A stretch of 54,784 nt of DNA, the filler included, from Sphacelaria rigidula (taxonomy: Eukaryota), in NCBI GenBank assembly GCA_964200075.2. It is 5 parts of 5 records of this genome, joined end to end, with 100 filler letters (N's around TTAATTAATTAA, not from the genome) between each part and the next. Parts side by side here need not be neighbours in the genome. Positions count along the whole stretch, not along the records: positions 10,980 to 21,857 come from CAXNAA020005751.1; positions 21,958 to 32,834 come from CAXNAA020005752.1; 3 more parts are not named here. One strand, 5' to 3'. This document shows positions 11,469 through 23,463 of this stretch, piece after piece (positions within the stretch are counted from its first letter, which is position 1; each line of letters begins with the position of its first letter). The notes below the pieces were generated by a model. The model was not told where the DNA came from. It searched no databases and saw only the letters and a list, made by a program, of their open reading frames with translations. The translations under genes and the position numbers were made by a program.

Positions 11469-11838
11469 TATGAGGTTTGTACAACATACGCTCTGCAAAA
11501 CTTCCCGTCTTGCCCAATTGATATGAATTGGGGAGCAAGCCGACGGGGTTTCAGCAATCTCTACCCGTTTGAACCTCATACGCGGGCAACAATACAGTAT
11601 ACGAGATTTGAATCGCAGAGGCTGCTCGTAGGTTCTCAATTTGCCCAATTTCGAGATAGACTGGAGGGCAGAACGAGGACTTTCGAGCAGCCTCTGCAGT
11701 TCAAACCCCATATGCCAGTGTTTGAGATTTAGACAGCACAGGTTGTTCGACCTGAATCCTTGTTTTGCCCAATTTCACGGTAAATCGGCGGGCAAAACAA
11801 GAATCAGTTCGAACAGCCTCTGCTGTACAGATGGCATA
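11469..11838. repeat. Array of three tandem hairpin (palindromic) units, part of a dispersed repeat spanning ~11350-11840
   Basis: Units at ~11469-11580, ~11598-11712 and ~11721-11838 are each self-complementary, e.g. GCAGAGGCTGCTCG 11615-11628 with CGAGCAGCCTCTGC 11684-11697, and CTTGTTTTGCCC with GGGCAAAACAAG. Homologous to 30805-31190. Confidence 0.85.
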
Positions 11839-11858
11839 TATATATAGAGAGAGAGCTA

Positions 11859-12163
11859 TGGACTAGAAAAGGTATACCTTCTCGTTTTTTGCCCAAGAAA
11901 GGTACGAAAAATGGCCAGAAACGCGAAAACAGCCAAACACGCCATTTTGACCGTTTTCGCTACGAACTTTTCACGCACAGCATTCGGGGGGCCGTTGGCA
12001 CCCCGGTCTCGAAACAAAACGAGAAAAAAACATGTCACTCGAGAGATATGGCCACGCGAAAACGGACGTCTCGCCTTCAGAAACCGCTTACTTTTTGTAG
12101 GCCAAATTTTGCCCAGGTATACCTGATGAAGGAATCATTTTTCTATCGTACCTTTTCTGGGCC
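11859..12163. mobile_element. Possible MITE (~300 bp)
   Basis: GGACTAGAAAAGGTA ... TACCTTTTCTGGGCC imperfect inverted ends, with repeated GGTA/TACCT motifs. Single copy in the window. Confidence 0.35.
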
Positions 12164-12754
12164 ACCGATCGGCCGAGAGCGTACCTGTGCTAGGCCATCG
12201 CTCTCTAAACTGTACCTGATGCGGCACATCGCGCGCAAGGGAGTCTACGCGCCAACTCCAACCATGGCGCCCACACCTTCGGCTCTTTTCCCGCTCATTT
12301 GCCGTTCACGGACGGCACAACGACCACGCCCCCTTCTCCCCGGAAATGGTTCTCAAGTCTCTCCGCTATTACTGTTCTGTCTCTAGCTCTCTTTGCGTGA
12401 CGACCAGTACTGTATCCGTTGCTTGAACCAACCATCGATGATGCGAAAATCGCCCGTTGGTGGCGGAAGAGCCTAGCTTGACCCTGACACCAGTCCCGAG
12501 ACCGCAAAAGTACAACAATGTTCCTTACTAGACACCCTTCGGATAGCCAGATGGATACCACCCTCCACATGAGATATCATCGATGCTGCACTGAAGATGT
12601 CTTCCATGTAGTCGTACGTGCCATACAGTAAATTTTTATATTTGAGGGGGTCTTGATGTACTTGAGCAGCCGAAACGTGAGAGGAGCGCAATGTTGATGT
12701 TTGCCCGCAAGTTGTTCTCAATACTGATCAATTTGTCAGGACCCGTCGGTCCAA

Positions 12755-12990
12755 GTATTTTCCCATCTATTATGAACGTCAGTCCACACTTTTCGGTATA
12801 TGCGGGCGCACCAGCCGGGATCACACGGGAGGAAGGTCAACAAAGTAGTATTTTTCTTCCTTGTAGTTTTCCACCTTCCATCTGCGGTGCTTGTTTTCAT
12901 TTGTCGTCGCGAGATGGGTTCTGTACTCCCCTCATCGACCGCATGAAGAAGTCGATTGTTGTGTATCCAAGACGTATCTGCTCTCCACTG
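12755..12990 (-). mobile_element. 5'-truncated SINE copy
   Basis: The reverse complement aligns with 15997-16230 (CAGTGGAGAGC...CGACTTC...GCAAGCACCGCAGA.GGAAGGTGG...). Confidence 0.75.
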
Positions 12991-12994
12991 AAGG

Positions 12995-13070
12995 GAGGTG
13001 TGACCCCAGCAGATGCGCCCACATGTACCGACAGGTGTAGACTGGCGCCCAGAATGAGAGAACACACACA
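12995..13070 (+). mobile_element. SINE 3' fragment
   Basis: GATGCGCCCACATGTACCGACAGGTGTAGACTGGCGCCCAGAATGAGAGAACACACACA matches the family 3' end. Confidence 0.75.
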
Positions 13071-15081
13071 TAATATGCAGAAATTGCCCGTACACACATG
13101 ACGGTCTAGAGCAGCTCTTTCGCTGACTTGAGGGGTGTGTAGCAGTCTGAAATCAGCTAGAACGCCCAAATGAGTCGTCGTGCGGCAAGAAACTAGCTCC
13201 GGCGGCATTGACGATCATCGCCTCCGTGCTATTCTTTGGCCGGCGTGGGGGCGGGCTTTCCTGTTAGATTTTCGGACTCCGTCTCCTCTGTAGTTGGGTC
13301 CAACACATCACACGATGAAAGGATACCGGCGACCAGTTTATACAGTCGAGGCTAGTGACGGGACTCGAATGGAATTCATGTGCTTCGTGAACGCGCAAGA
13401 GAAGACGCCGTGGTCGCAAGATCAAGTGTCCAGTCCAACTGTCGTGCAGTCCCTCCCATGTCAGAGTCCATCACCACGAATAGACTCACGTGTGCCGTCA
13501 TCGACCGCTAGAGATGTATTGCGTATATACAAGACACATGATGCGCGTTATTTTCTGCTCTGCACCCGAGAGATCGTGTCGAATGGCCCAGTGGGAGTGT
13601 CCAAGAAACAAATCGCTTCCGATGAAAAGACATGAATGTTCGTGTCAACCAAGTCGCAACCTTTCAGCTCCTGGACCGCTACCCATCCTGTGGCTAAATC
13701 CGTGAGCAATTCGCGACTCGACCACTGGCGAAATATTCATGAAAGTGTGCAGTTTTAGTTTTCACCATTGTTCATTTCATAGACTCGAAAGCTTCATTGA
13801 GTGACGAGGTGACAAGGTTCATTGGCGGCAGGACTCCGTCAACGCTTCAAGTGCCGTGGAACGGACGATTCGGCCCGTCTCTTCATCCTCATTGAGCGTG
13901 CCAATGTTTCATGCGCTTTACCGCGGTTTCAAGTGCAGAGCGAATTTCTCGGGATCTAGGGGCACGTGAAGGAGATGCCTACGCTTACAATTGCGTCGTG
14001 TGCGAGCGCATCTTGCATGAATGTGAAAGCGCCTTTGGCACGTCGCTGGGGCAGACTCTGGAGAGCACACATGTGCTGAAACAAGATTTTCGCGGAGGGA
14101 ACGATCATGGCGCCGGCACATGGGACGCAACTTCCTGGTATGGTGCCCACCACATGGCAGGAGGGAGTATCAAAAGACATCACCAAAACGTCGCACCATG
14201 AAATATGGCTCGTGACGGGAAAAAAACGCCTGTTGAAACGATGGATTGATTACAGGTTGCACCCGTCGACCGAAAGTGTTTCCACCCGCGACCCCCCACC
14301 CATCGCATCTTCCTGCTGCTGCCGCCACCGGTCACTACTCATTGGGAATTTTCATGAATCTCCATGACTCCACCATATGGAAGCGTGACACCTAAGAGAA
14401 CTGCAACAAGTTGCACATGAAAAAACACGGGAGGAGGGAAGGGCCAACATCCGGTATACATCGTCAACGAGAACGGAGAACAGCAGCGGTTGGGCACAAA
14501 ATCGAATGATAAGGGGGTGTTGCATGTAAATGACACAGAATTTGGAACGTGCGGCAATATAGTTGCTGGCGGTGCTACCTCGGCGGGAAAAAGACATTTT
14601 GCACAGCTCCTTCCCATGGAAAGATTACATGACCATGACAAGACACTTGATGACTCCTGTCGCAGCATGATTTGCCACCTACAAGGTAAAGCCTACATGG
14701 TTTTTCGCTGCAGCAGACAAAAAGTGTACTGCTTGAAGTATTATAGACCTATTGCCGCTTCGGCCAGCCGATAGTAGTCGCAAATGGCCTACATTCCACG
14801 CAGTTCATTTTCTTGTTTATTCAAGTGTTCAATCATGTTGTCCAAGTGTGTAACAACGAAAAACAGCGCAGTGACTCATTTCGCACACCATGGACACGAG
14901 ATGCATTGTTCAGCTTGTTTATTGCAGTCTCATCTGTCAGCGAGAGAAATGCACACGTTCGGAAACTTGCTACTTCATACTATACAATGCATGTACTCAT
15001 TGCACTGAATCATCTACTGCGCTGTTCGAAGTGAACTGCTAGGCATTTCGATCCTCCGCGACACCTGGATGCGCAGGTGTG

Positions 15082-15318
15082 CTACTTGACCTGCGTGCGG
15101 ACTCAAGGACGGTTGAAAAATCATATGGAATTTTGAAATTGCGTCCACCTCCTCACCTTGGTAAACCCGATGTCGTTTGCGTAAATGCGGAAGCATTGAC
15201 GGCACATGTTAAGTCCGTACTTGCGGATCAACCCGTGCTGGTTAGAGCACACACGGCAGTGGCGTCCGCCCTTGCCGAACTTCTTCGGGTGGGAGTTTAC
15301 AAGAGCCTTCGAACCCAT
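15082..15318 (-). CDS. RPS29: 40S ribosomal protein S29 (uS14), complete, 56 aa; exons 15318-15157 and 15090-15082
   Basis: [56 protein letters not shown] has the CxxC..CxxC zinc motif. Donor AAG|gtgagg, acceptor acgcag|GTC AAG TAG (66-nt intron) gives the canonical 56-aa length. A 5'-UTR acceptor (ccaacag) lies 5 nt before the ATG. Confidence 0.95.
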
Positions 15319-15537
15319 GTTGTCTGTTGGGTAACACAAAGCACACAAGGACCAGAGCGTGAACCAGGCAGTTGAACTTTGAGTTTAGGCGTATACTTCC
15401 CCTTTCCCAGAAGTCAAGGTTTTCATGAGGAGCAGATAATATTCCGCCAATGGAGGTGCCGACGACGCTCAAGTTGGGTTTGCTGAAAAGCTTTGATATT
15501 GTGATGCTCATGAGAAATAAATCGACTCGGACTCACG

Positions 15538-15765
15538 GAAAATTGGTGGGTCACCAACGGGATATTTTGGCGGATTTTCCGGAATTTTTCGAGAAGTTTT
15601 ACAAGAATTCATGATATTTACAGCGTTTGGACCCACATTAAATCCCACAACCAGGATGGATAATACCCCCCTCAAATGTAAACGAGGTACCCAAGTATCG
15701 TTGGACCGCCGTGACGCCATGGCGGTGGACATGGCGTTGGCCATTTTACCAGGCAAATCAAGGAA
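15538..15765 (+). mobile_element. Degenerate 5' part of the mariner-like element seen at 22250-22710
   Basis: Aligns with 22257-22503; translates MDNTPLKCKRGTQVSLDRRDAMAVDMALAILPGK vs MDPPP..RRERGAELSLDKRYAMAMEMALAVPPGK. Confidence 0.7.
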
Positions 15766-15892
15766 ATGGAAATAAAGACTCTGACGTGTGCACTAAACAG
15801 TCGCATGTTGCTGAAAATTCGTGGATGTAACCGCAGGGTTACGAGGAAGACCAAGAGTTCCATCCAATGTACTTCCAGGTGCAGGGTATCCT

Positions 15893-16240
15893 GGTCACCC
15901 CGGTGGCTCAGTTGGTAGCCTCGCAACCTTCTGGTGGTTGAGTGGTGGGGTTCGATTCTCGGAGCCATCTGGGATTTTTTTTTACACCATTCCCAACAGT
16001 GGAGAGCGACTATGTCGTTGGTACACAAAATACGACTTCACGATCGACGAGGGAAAGGGGTTGCTGGACCCCTCTCGCGATAAAAAATAAAGGCAAGCAC
16101 TGCAGAAGGAAGGTGGGATACTTGAAAAAGAAAAGAACTTCGTTGTGTTGACCTTTCTTATGTGTGATCACGGCTGATGCGCCTACATATCCCCAAAGGG
16201 GTAGACTGGCGTCCGGAATAAATGGGACGACACACACACA
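15893..16240 (+). mobile_element. Full-length tRNA-derived SINE (~350 bp)
   Basis: Pol III A box TGGCTCAGTTGG (15904-15915), B box GGTTCGATTCT (15949-15959), conserved body, AATAAA and a (CA)n tail. Several copies in the window. Confidence 0.8.
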
Positions 16241-19200
16241 GGATGCGCATTGGGTGTTGTACATACAATATAGCAAGCAGTATTTGTCGCCGTGGAGAGC
16301 TTTTAACAGGATGCGGCGACCGGCGGGCCACCCGTCACTTGTGATTTTGGATTATATCATCGTCCCCCTCACCTCACCACACAGCCTTTCGTGGTAGGGG
16401 TGGGTCACCATTTCCCTCCTTATTGCATGCGACGAATCATCTTCGAGGGGTATGAGCATTGCGGCGCACATACAGTATGGTACAGTACAGTGCAGCACGC
16501 CTCTCTGACTGCAATGGCAGCTGCCGCTGCGTACTCTCATGCACGTTCTGGGCAGTTTTCCGCGACGTAGGTCAGCCGCCTTTACACAGCTCGTTCATCC
16601 TCGCCCACTACATGCATGTTTACAGTGTTCTGCAAGTCATCGGCATGGGGATCAGCAGAATTCATCAAGGTAGCTCTTTTTGTCTTTTCACGACCCACCC
16701 GGAATGTAGTGCCTCGTGAAAGTGACCACATTGTATCATGTACACTCCTTCCCGGTCCACTCCAGCCTGTGTTGGTGTTATTACTACGTTTTAGTATAAG
16801 CTGGCGACCTCATGTTAGTGGGGGGTCGGTCCCGGAGGGCTTGCGCGAGAAGAACACATGCAGGCTTCGAGCTTCATTAGTCCACTTAATACTACTGGAG
16901 CTTCCAAGAAAATGTCTCACTTGATGATTTCCCATGGTTGAACATTAGCCAACTGTTTTGCGGTGAAGAAGGATTTACGTGGGTGATGAAACACTGAGCG
17001 GTTCACTTGGATGTAAACTTCCTTGCACGAAAAACCTGCCTCAGCCCATTAGTTTTCCATCGGAGTTGTGCGGTGGAAAGCAACAATCTCGATCTGATAA
17101 GTCACCATGTCAACCACCTTCAAAATTCACGATGGTTGGAATTACGACTCATCAGATCGAGATTGTTGCTTTCCCCCGCACAATTCCGATCGAAGACTAA
17201 TGTGCCAAGACAGACCCTAAACTGTACTCCGTCTGTACCCGAGGAACGGTTAAGGACTGTACCTTCAACAAGTTGAACCGGTCAAGAGCTGGAGTATTCA
17301 ACACAACCGCCACTCGCGCCAGAGGTGAAGCGAAATGTCTAGCGGAATGGAAGCGGAAAACGTGTACTGTGATACTGTGATGTCAGGTAATGCTTGACCG
17401 GGCAGAGACGCTGGGAAAGTCCTCGACTCATGATATAGACGTTTTGTTTTGTGTTTTGGTCTGTACACACACAAACTTCGAGACTCACTATAGTACGGGG
17501 AAATGCTCGGCTCTCGGAGCTTATGCGAACGTTCTGGGATACGAGTTTTTACTTTGACCATGTGGTTGGTCGTATCTACACAGACAATAAATAGCGTCGG
17601 TAGTCCAGAATATGCGGTGTCTTTTGCAGATTACGTGCCAAAATTTCAGGTCCACACTCTGAGACATTTCGAAGGCAAGGCGATACTGCAGATATTACAA
17701 GATATTGCTCTGCACCAGAGTTAACACACAACACAGCCACGAGGTTACAGCGTTCGAAAAATAATAACTCACGGATTGACCCATGGACCACTGTTCTTCC
17801 AACCTTTCAAGTTGAACGCCACGGAAGTTTGGGGAAAAAATACACACATTTAGGTGACCTGTTTCAACGAATTGAAGAGTCTACAGAAGTACGCTATACA
17901 AAAGGGTGCATACACGGTTGCAGGAAATTACAATTATTCACGGTTATCAGTTAAAACTGGAAACCTGGCGTCAAAATAACGCGAGTCACGTAAACGCTTC
18001 GTTAGTGTACCGACGAAAAAACGCTTAGGCCGCCTCTTCTAGACTAAAAAAAGTAAGTGAGAAAAGTGATTTTTGGTCAGTCTTCAGAGACTTTTTTCAG
18101 AACTCGACCTTTTAGAGAGAGCCATTCATGAAAATTGCCTTTAGAAATTGACCACAATTTGCATACAGCGGGATTTTGACAAATTTCTTTGCGAAAAGCC
18201 ATCGATTCGCATAGACTTTCTTCGGTCTGCGAGTTGTCGTTCCATCACACATTCCTCGCACACTGCACCCACAATGGCACAGTCGGTGCTTTATCACACA
18301 CTCCTCGCATACAAGCGTATTGCAGTTAGTTGCCCAGTACAGTGCCAACAGCATTGCTGCTGCAGCGCTCGGTGCATCTTTTTCATGATCGTAGAACCAG
18401 GGACTGACAGTACAGACAGGGTAATGTTCTTCTGCCAGCAGCGTTACTACCGTAAAATAGGACGATGTCGCCCCTGCTGGCTGTGTTGACTGTTCGTATC
18501 GTTTCATGCTCGTCGTGCCCCCTACCGACTGCGGACTCTGTAGTATTCTGCGTAGTAAGACGGTTGTTACCGCACTACTCACCAACTGCCATGTGTATTT
18601 GTTGTGTGCGGTATGGCACAAACCGTCTACTGCACACATTGCGCTGCTCGCGACACGACTACTGTGTACCAGGCGGCGATCGGCTGAACTAAGGGTCGAT
18701 ACGCCCATCATTTTGATCCCTAATTACGGAGTATACCAGTAGCTTCTGTGCGTGTGCGTGTGTGTGCGTGAGTGTTGCCATCCCATCCATCCTGTACTTC
18801 GACAGGATTTTTCATGTGTTGATTTACCGCAGGCTCACGGCACAAGCACAAAATGCAAATGATCACCACCAGTGTCTGCACGCAGGCTAGATGATGGCCT
18901 CGGGTGTACAAATCCCCAGGGTTTTTTCTTAGACTGTAAGGTGTGGTTTTGAAGACTGATTTCTCTGGCGAAAGTCTCGGAGAAAAGTCGTACAAAATGA
19001 CCCTCCTCAGAGACTCCCTCCAGTCTAAAAGCGGTCTTACAAGCTCGCGATTCTAGAAGTGAGAACTGCCGGAAATCGCGAACTACACTCGATATTTCGA
19101 AACACAATTTTCAATCCTGATAGGAAGTAAATTCATGCGCCAAGTTCGTGATACCATTTTGTTGGGTAATGATGCCGTTGTGAAATCAGTTTTGAGAAGC

Positions 19201-21599
19201 TCATCAAATGCTTCCACGGTCAAGACAAATCATCACGACTCAAAATCACGAAATTCATGATTTCTTGGGCCTGGTTGCCCAAATGGGGGAAGAAAATTGA
19301 CCGCTGGTCCAAGGGGTATCCACGCAACTTTTGCGCCACTCAACGTGTGTGGGCAGCGTGTACCTGGGTTGCAACGCTGAAATGAAGCCTAGGGATTGAT
19401 TCATCATGAGTCAACTCATGATAATGAAACCAAACAATTTCCAGACGAATCATCATTTGTCCGACCCTTGAGTGCTTCCACATAAATTTACACGTCGCAT
19501 ATAGGGGGCGGTATTTTGCACAGATTTGTTCGAACTGACCCGTGATCGTTGCTACACTTTTTGTCCTCGATTTGCAACTCCACCAGCAATCACGACTGTA
19601 TGCCGTATGGGTACGAAAAGATCCGAGATGTAATCACACACGTGATTGTAGAGCCAAACATCGAATATACTATCAATTCCCCGTGCACATCAATGTGTAG
19701 CGAGGCATTTTTTGCGGAAGGTGGAAAGTCAGGTGAGTGGGGTTAGACCCTTCAACCCTGTTGGAACCGTTGATGAAAAAGTGACGATTTATTAATTCCT
19801 GTGTGCGAGCTTTCTTCCCCGGAGAATGTCACTTCGAGTTCGGTGCACGAATACATAACATGAGCATACTTGAAAAACTGAGAGCAGTGCACCGTTTTGG
19901 TAGGCGTCATCACTACTGTAACACGCTCGAACAACAACTGTATCGTGCCCGAGAACGTCACCTGTGAATCGTCTCTTTTCTATTGACCGTTCCAAAGGGA
20001 TAGTTGACCAAGATCGCAATTACAGTCGTGTCACACTCGGGGTTTCAGCGTGGACGCCGTTAATTGGGTCTTCGAGCTGCCCAGCATTCGAAGCGCGCGT
20101 CTTCGTTCGAGTCTACAACCGACGACGACAATTCGAGTTGCGCCAACACATCTCTTGCACACCCCTGGACCCTCTTACCAAGGGGAGTACTGATTTGCCC
20201 GCGGGTTGGTTTTGGGTTAAGGAAGGGTGAATCAAAATGTGGCTGCACAGTTCTAGAGTGAGCAGGAAGGACCCCGTCGATAAAAAGGCAACACTGAGTT
20301 CTAGTTGTATTTCTCGAACGACAAACCCGCTCGAGTCGCAGCAGTGTCATAACTAGTGGACAACATTTCTACGGCATCCTCAGGTATTGCACTTCTTCAG
20401 CTTCAATGCCCAGTACCGCACAGTTGAGGACACCCGGCAGAGTGTACTACTCGTGACATGATATGGTGAAGTGATGTCTTTTGAACTTTGTCGCAGGACT
20501 CGTACCTGGGACCTGACAGTGCACAACGGCAGAGGGCATCTGCTGAGTGCGCTACAGGCCAGCGCGTGCCAATGAATACCCTATTACCTAAATCTAGCGC
20601 ACTTTCTGCGCCATTCATATCAGTTTCTCGATCTCGTCCACGCATCAACCCCTCGTGCCCACCTCTATTTCGCACACCTTCCGACAGCTGTGCTTGCCCG
20701 ACACCAGTAATACGCAACACCCCCGCAGTGTCAAAGAAGGGAGGTTGGGAACCCAGCTATAAATCGCCAAAAAAAGGGCGTAGATGAACATGTATCTGGA
20801 CGTTTTGATTTTCGGTATAGATATTTCACATCTTGTACACGTACCTGAGCGACGCTGGCTGCAGAAGGCGCGTATACGGGCGGGGCAAGCAGCGGGCAGT
20901 GGATGGTGGTCGGCGTTGTTCGAGGGTCTAGTTTCCACGAGAAGCAAAGTCATACTCTATTCGAAAAAGACGTGCGTAAAAATCCCTCTTGTACAACTTG
21001 TGGAAACCTCCAAACCTGCTGCATTTTGGTTCTGAGCTTTCCGCTGCCGCCTGAACTGTAGAATACTGTACGTCGTTGAATGCGACAGCTCCACGACCGT
21101 AGACTGGGGAGTATAATACCAGTAGCACGGACTTCCCTTGCGCATTCCTTGTCGTTGTAGGCTCGATATTGTGGCTTTCCTGGAGATACGAAGGGAACCA
21201 CGGCTCTTTTGATCCGTTGGAACGAACGTGTTGCAACACGGGGGGCTACGGCTAGGAAGCTAGGAAAGGATGGCGATGAACATGACCGCAGCTGTGCGGT
21301 TTTATGTCGACAAGATTGTCGCAGACCCTAAGATACCAGGTCAGTTGTGGAGTGCTATGCAAGTACATCTTGTGTGGAGATGTGATCCTCGTGGCCGGCT
21401 GATTGTCAAACGTTTTCGAGCAGGCGGTGCAGTGCAATAGTAAGGGCGAGCGTTTGAAATACCGCATGATATACATACTGTACAGTAGTAACAAATCACC
21501 GGCCTCCCTCCGGAACAAACTTGCGATTGACATCATCTGTTGGAAAATTCCCTGGGCGTTTGTCCTCTGTCGGTACTGTCTGTACTTCAGTGCTGTTGG

Positions 21600-21857
21600 T
21601 CTGAGGGCGTGTCTTAGCACCTTTTTTTTCCGGTCGAAAAAGTGCGATCGAAAAAAAATTGTCTTATCTGATAGGTCCACCGCATTTATGTTCCTTGAAG
21701 GCTTCAACTCAAAATTATAATTAGCGGCGCGCGGAGAAGATGCAACGAGTTAAAAAAAACATTTTTTTTGCGATCGAAAACATGCAGTCGAAAGGCACGA
21801 AGCGGCACTTGACTCTTGTCTTACAGACCACCACGCCAAATAACACCCGTTCACAGG
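21600..21857. repeat. Dispersed repeat matching 7545-7744, with 21600-21650 matching 8275-8320 in inverted orientation
   Basis: Direct sequence alignment by eye. Confidence 0.8.
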
Positions 21858-21957
21858 NNNNNNNNNNNNNNNNNNNNNNNNNNNNNNNNNNNNNNNNNNN
21901 NTTAATTAATTAANNNNNNNNNNNNNNNNNNNNNNNNNNNNNNNNNNNNNNNNNNNN
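21858..21957. other. Artificial contig spacer
   Basis: N44-TTAATTAATTAA-N44. Confidence 0.98.
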
Positions 21958-22385
21958 CTCGAAAGGGATGCGTGGTCAATGTTTAAACGACTAACGTAAG
22001 CAACAAATGAGTGCGCCCCCCCCCGCTTCCTTCCCAGACGCCCACACACTGTGCTCTGCAGTGCTCGGTTGGGCAATTTTCGTAGTTACGCACTTTTCTG
22101 AATTTTCTCGTATAAACTTTCTCTGTGTCACGAGTCAAGCCCGTTTTGGGGTCAGATCGTACCTCGCCAACGGAGTTGCCGACCATGCTATAGTGATGTT
22201 TGTTGAAAAGCTGTAGTGATGCTCATTGAAAAGAGCGAACGAGTCGTGCTTACTGAGAATTAGTGGGTCGAGCACTGGGGAATAATGGCCGTTTTTTTGT
22301 TGATATTTCGAGAATGTTTTCGAGGATACTTCGAGAATTTAGGTTATCATCGACGTTTGAACGCCCACTGCCCCTCACAACCACG

Positions 22386-22710
22386 ATGGACCCCCCCCCA
22401 CCCCCCCCCCCAAGACGTGAACGGGGCGCCGAGCTATCGTTGGACAAACGTTATGCCATGGCGATGGAGATGGCGTTGGCCGTTCCGCCAGGCAAACAAG
22501 GGTGCCCAAAGGCGTTATAGGCCCCATCGCGGAGCGTTATGGTGGTGGTAGTGACTACCCTATAAAACATTGGTCCGAGTGCAAAGCTCAGATCGGCGGA
22601 ACCGGGGAGCTCGACCTCTCAAACAAGACTCGTAGTGGGCGGCCGTCACTTCTTACCCCAAGAAATGCCGCTGCGCTGCGGAAGATCAACAATGCGAATT
22701 GGTCGGTCGT
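22386..22710 (+). pseudogene. Tc1/mariner-superfamily transposase N-terminal (HTH) relic, frameshifted near 22500
   Basis: ...GKQG/PKGVIGPIAERYG...KHWSECKAQIGGTGELDLSNKTRSGRPSLLTPR fits the HTH + GRP linker pattern of Tc1/mariner transposases. No DDE domain follows. A second copy is at 15538-15765. Confidence 0.65.
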
Positions 22711-22944
22711 TATTTCGTCACTTCATAGCCCCCGGGAAAGGGGCTAAGTACGGCCCTTTTTAGAGCGCCTGTTTTTTCCGGCCGTTCGTGTATGCAGGGT
22801 TCGTGTATGCAGGGTGGGGTGTGCAAAACAAAGGCTCGAGTTTTGACTTGAAAAACACCGAAGATTTCAAAAACATGATGGCCTGCGGCATCGGACACGG
22901 GTAAGAGTCGGTGTAATTGTAACGGACGTTACTGGTGGCACAGA

Positions 22945-23463
22945 GAAAGTATTCTTTTTTTAGCACTCGAAAGCCCTCGTTTCGACATATATTGGTAGTA
23001 GAAGCAGGTCGTGCTCTGGGCACAACCCTCAATTGGTGTTGTCGGGGTTACACGGAGTATGTACCTCGGTTATCAGGGGATGTTATCGTCCACCACTGGT
23101 CCCAAGAACACACCTTTTCGGCCCTAGCACAATAAAAAGGCAGAACTTAAAAAACCTCACTCACATTTGTTTATGAGACCGATCTAGATTGCTTCAATTG
23201 AGGAAGACTACCGGAGGGTCAGCCCCTCGGGTTGCGTAGTCGCAGTACTCTAGAGTACGGGTGAGCCCGTCAGTCGTTTACTATTGAGTGCAGGGATGTT
23301 TTTGTTTCGGAATGTCGAGCGGATGTCTAGTATCTCCCGATCCCCAAAGTTGGGATTGAACGTTCACTGGGGTGATCAGTAGCACGCGGAAAAACTATTG
23401 AAAATGGCCGACTACGAAAAAATCACAAAAATCTCCCATCTCAGCTGGAAACCACCGTAAGCG
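22945..23463 (+). repeat. Dispersed repeat family B
   Basis: Colinear with 8980-9480. Confidence 0.8.

Noticed and set aside
11469-11838. CRISPR or integron attC array
   Set aside because: Eukaryotic context, no cas or integrase gene, only three diverged units and no cassette ORFs.
12295-14774. Several 80-110 aa ORFs (12473-12721, 13294-13635, 13911-14201, 14490-14774) as exons of a gene
   Set aside because: I found no recognisable motif and could not build a phase-consistent splice model. They may still be coding.
15893-15970. Functional tRNA gene
   Set aside because: A and B boxes are present, but there is no convincing acceptor or anticodon stem, and it is fused to a repeated body and tail, as expected for a SINE head.
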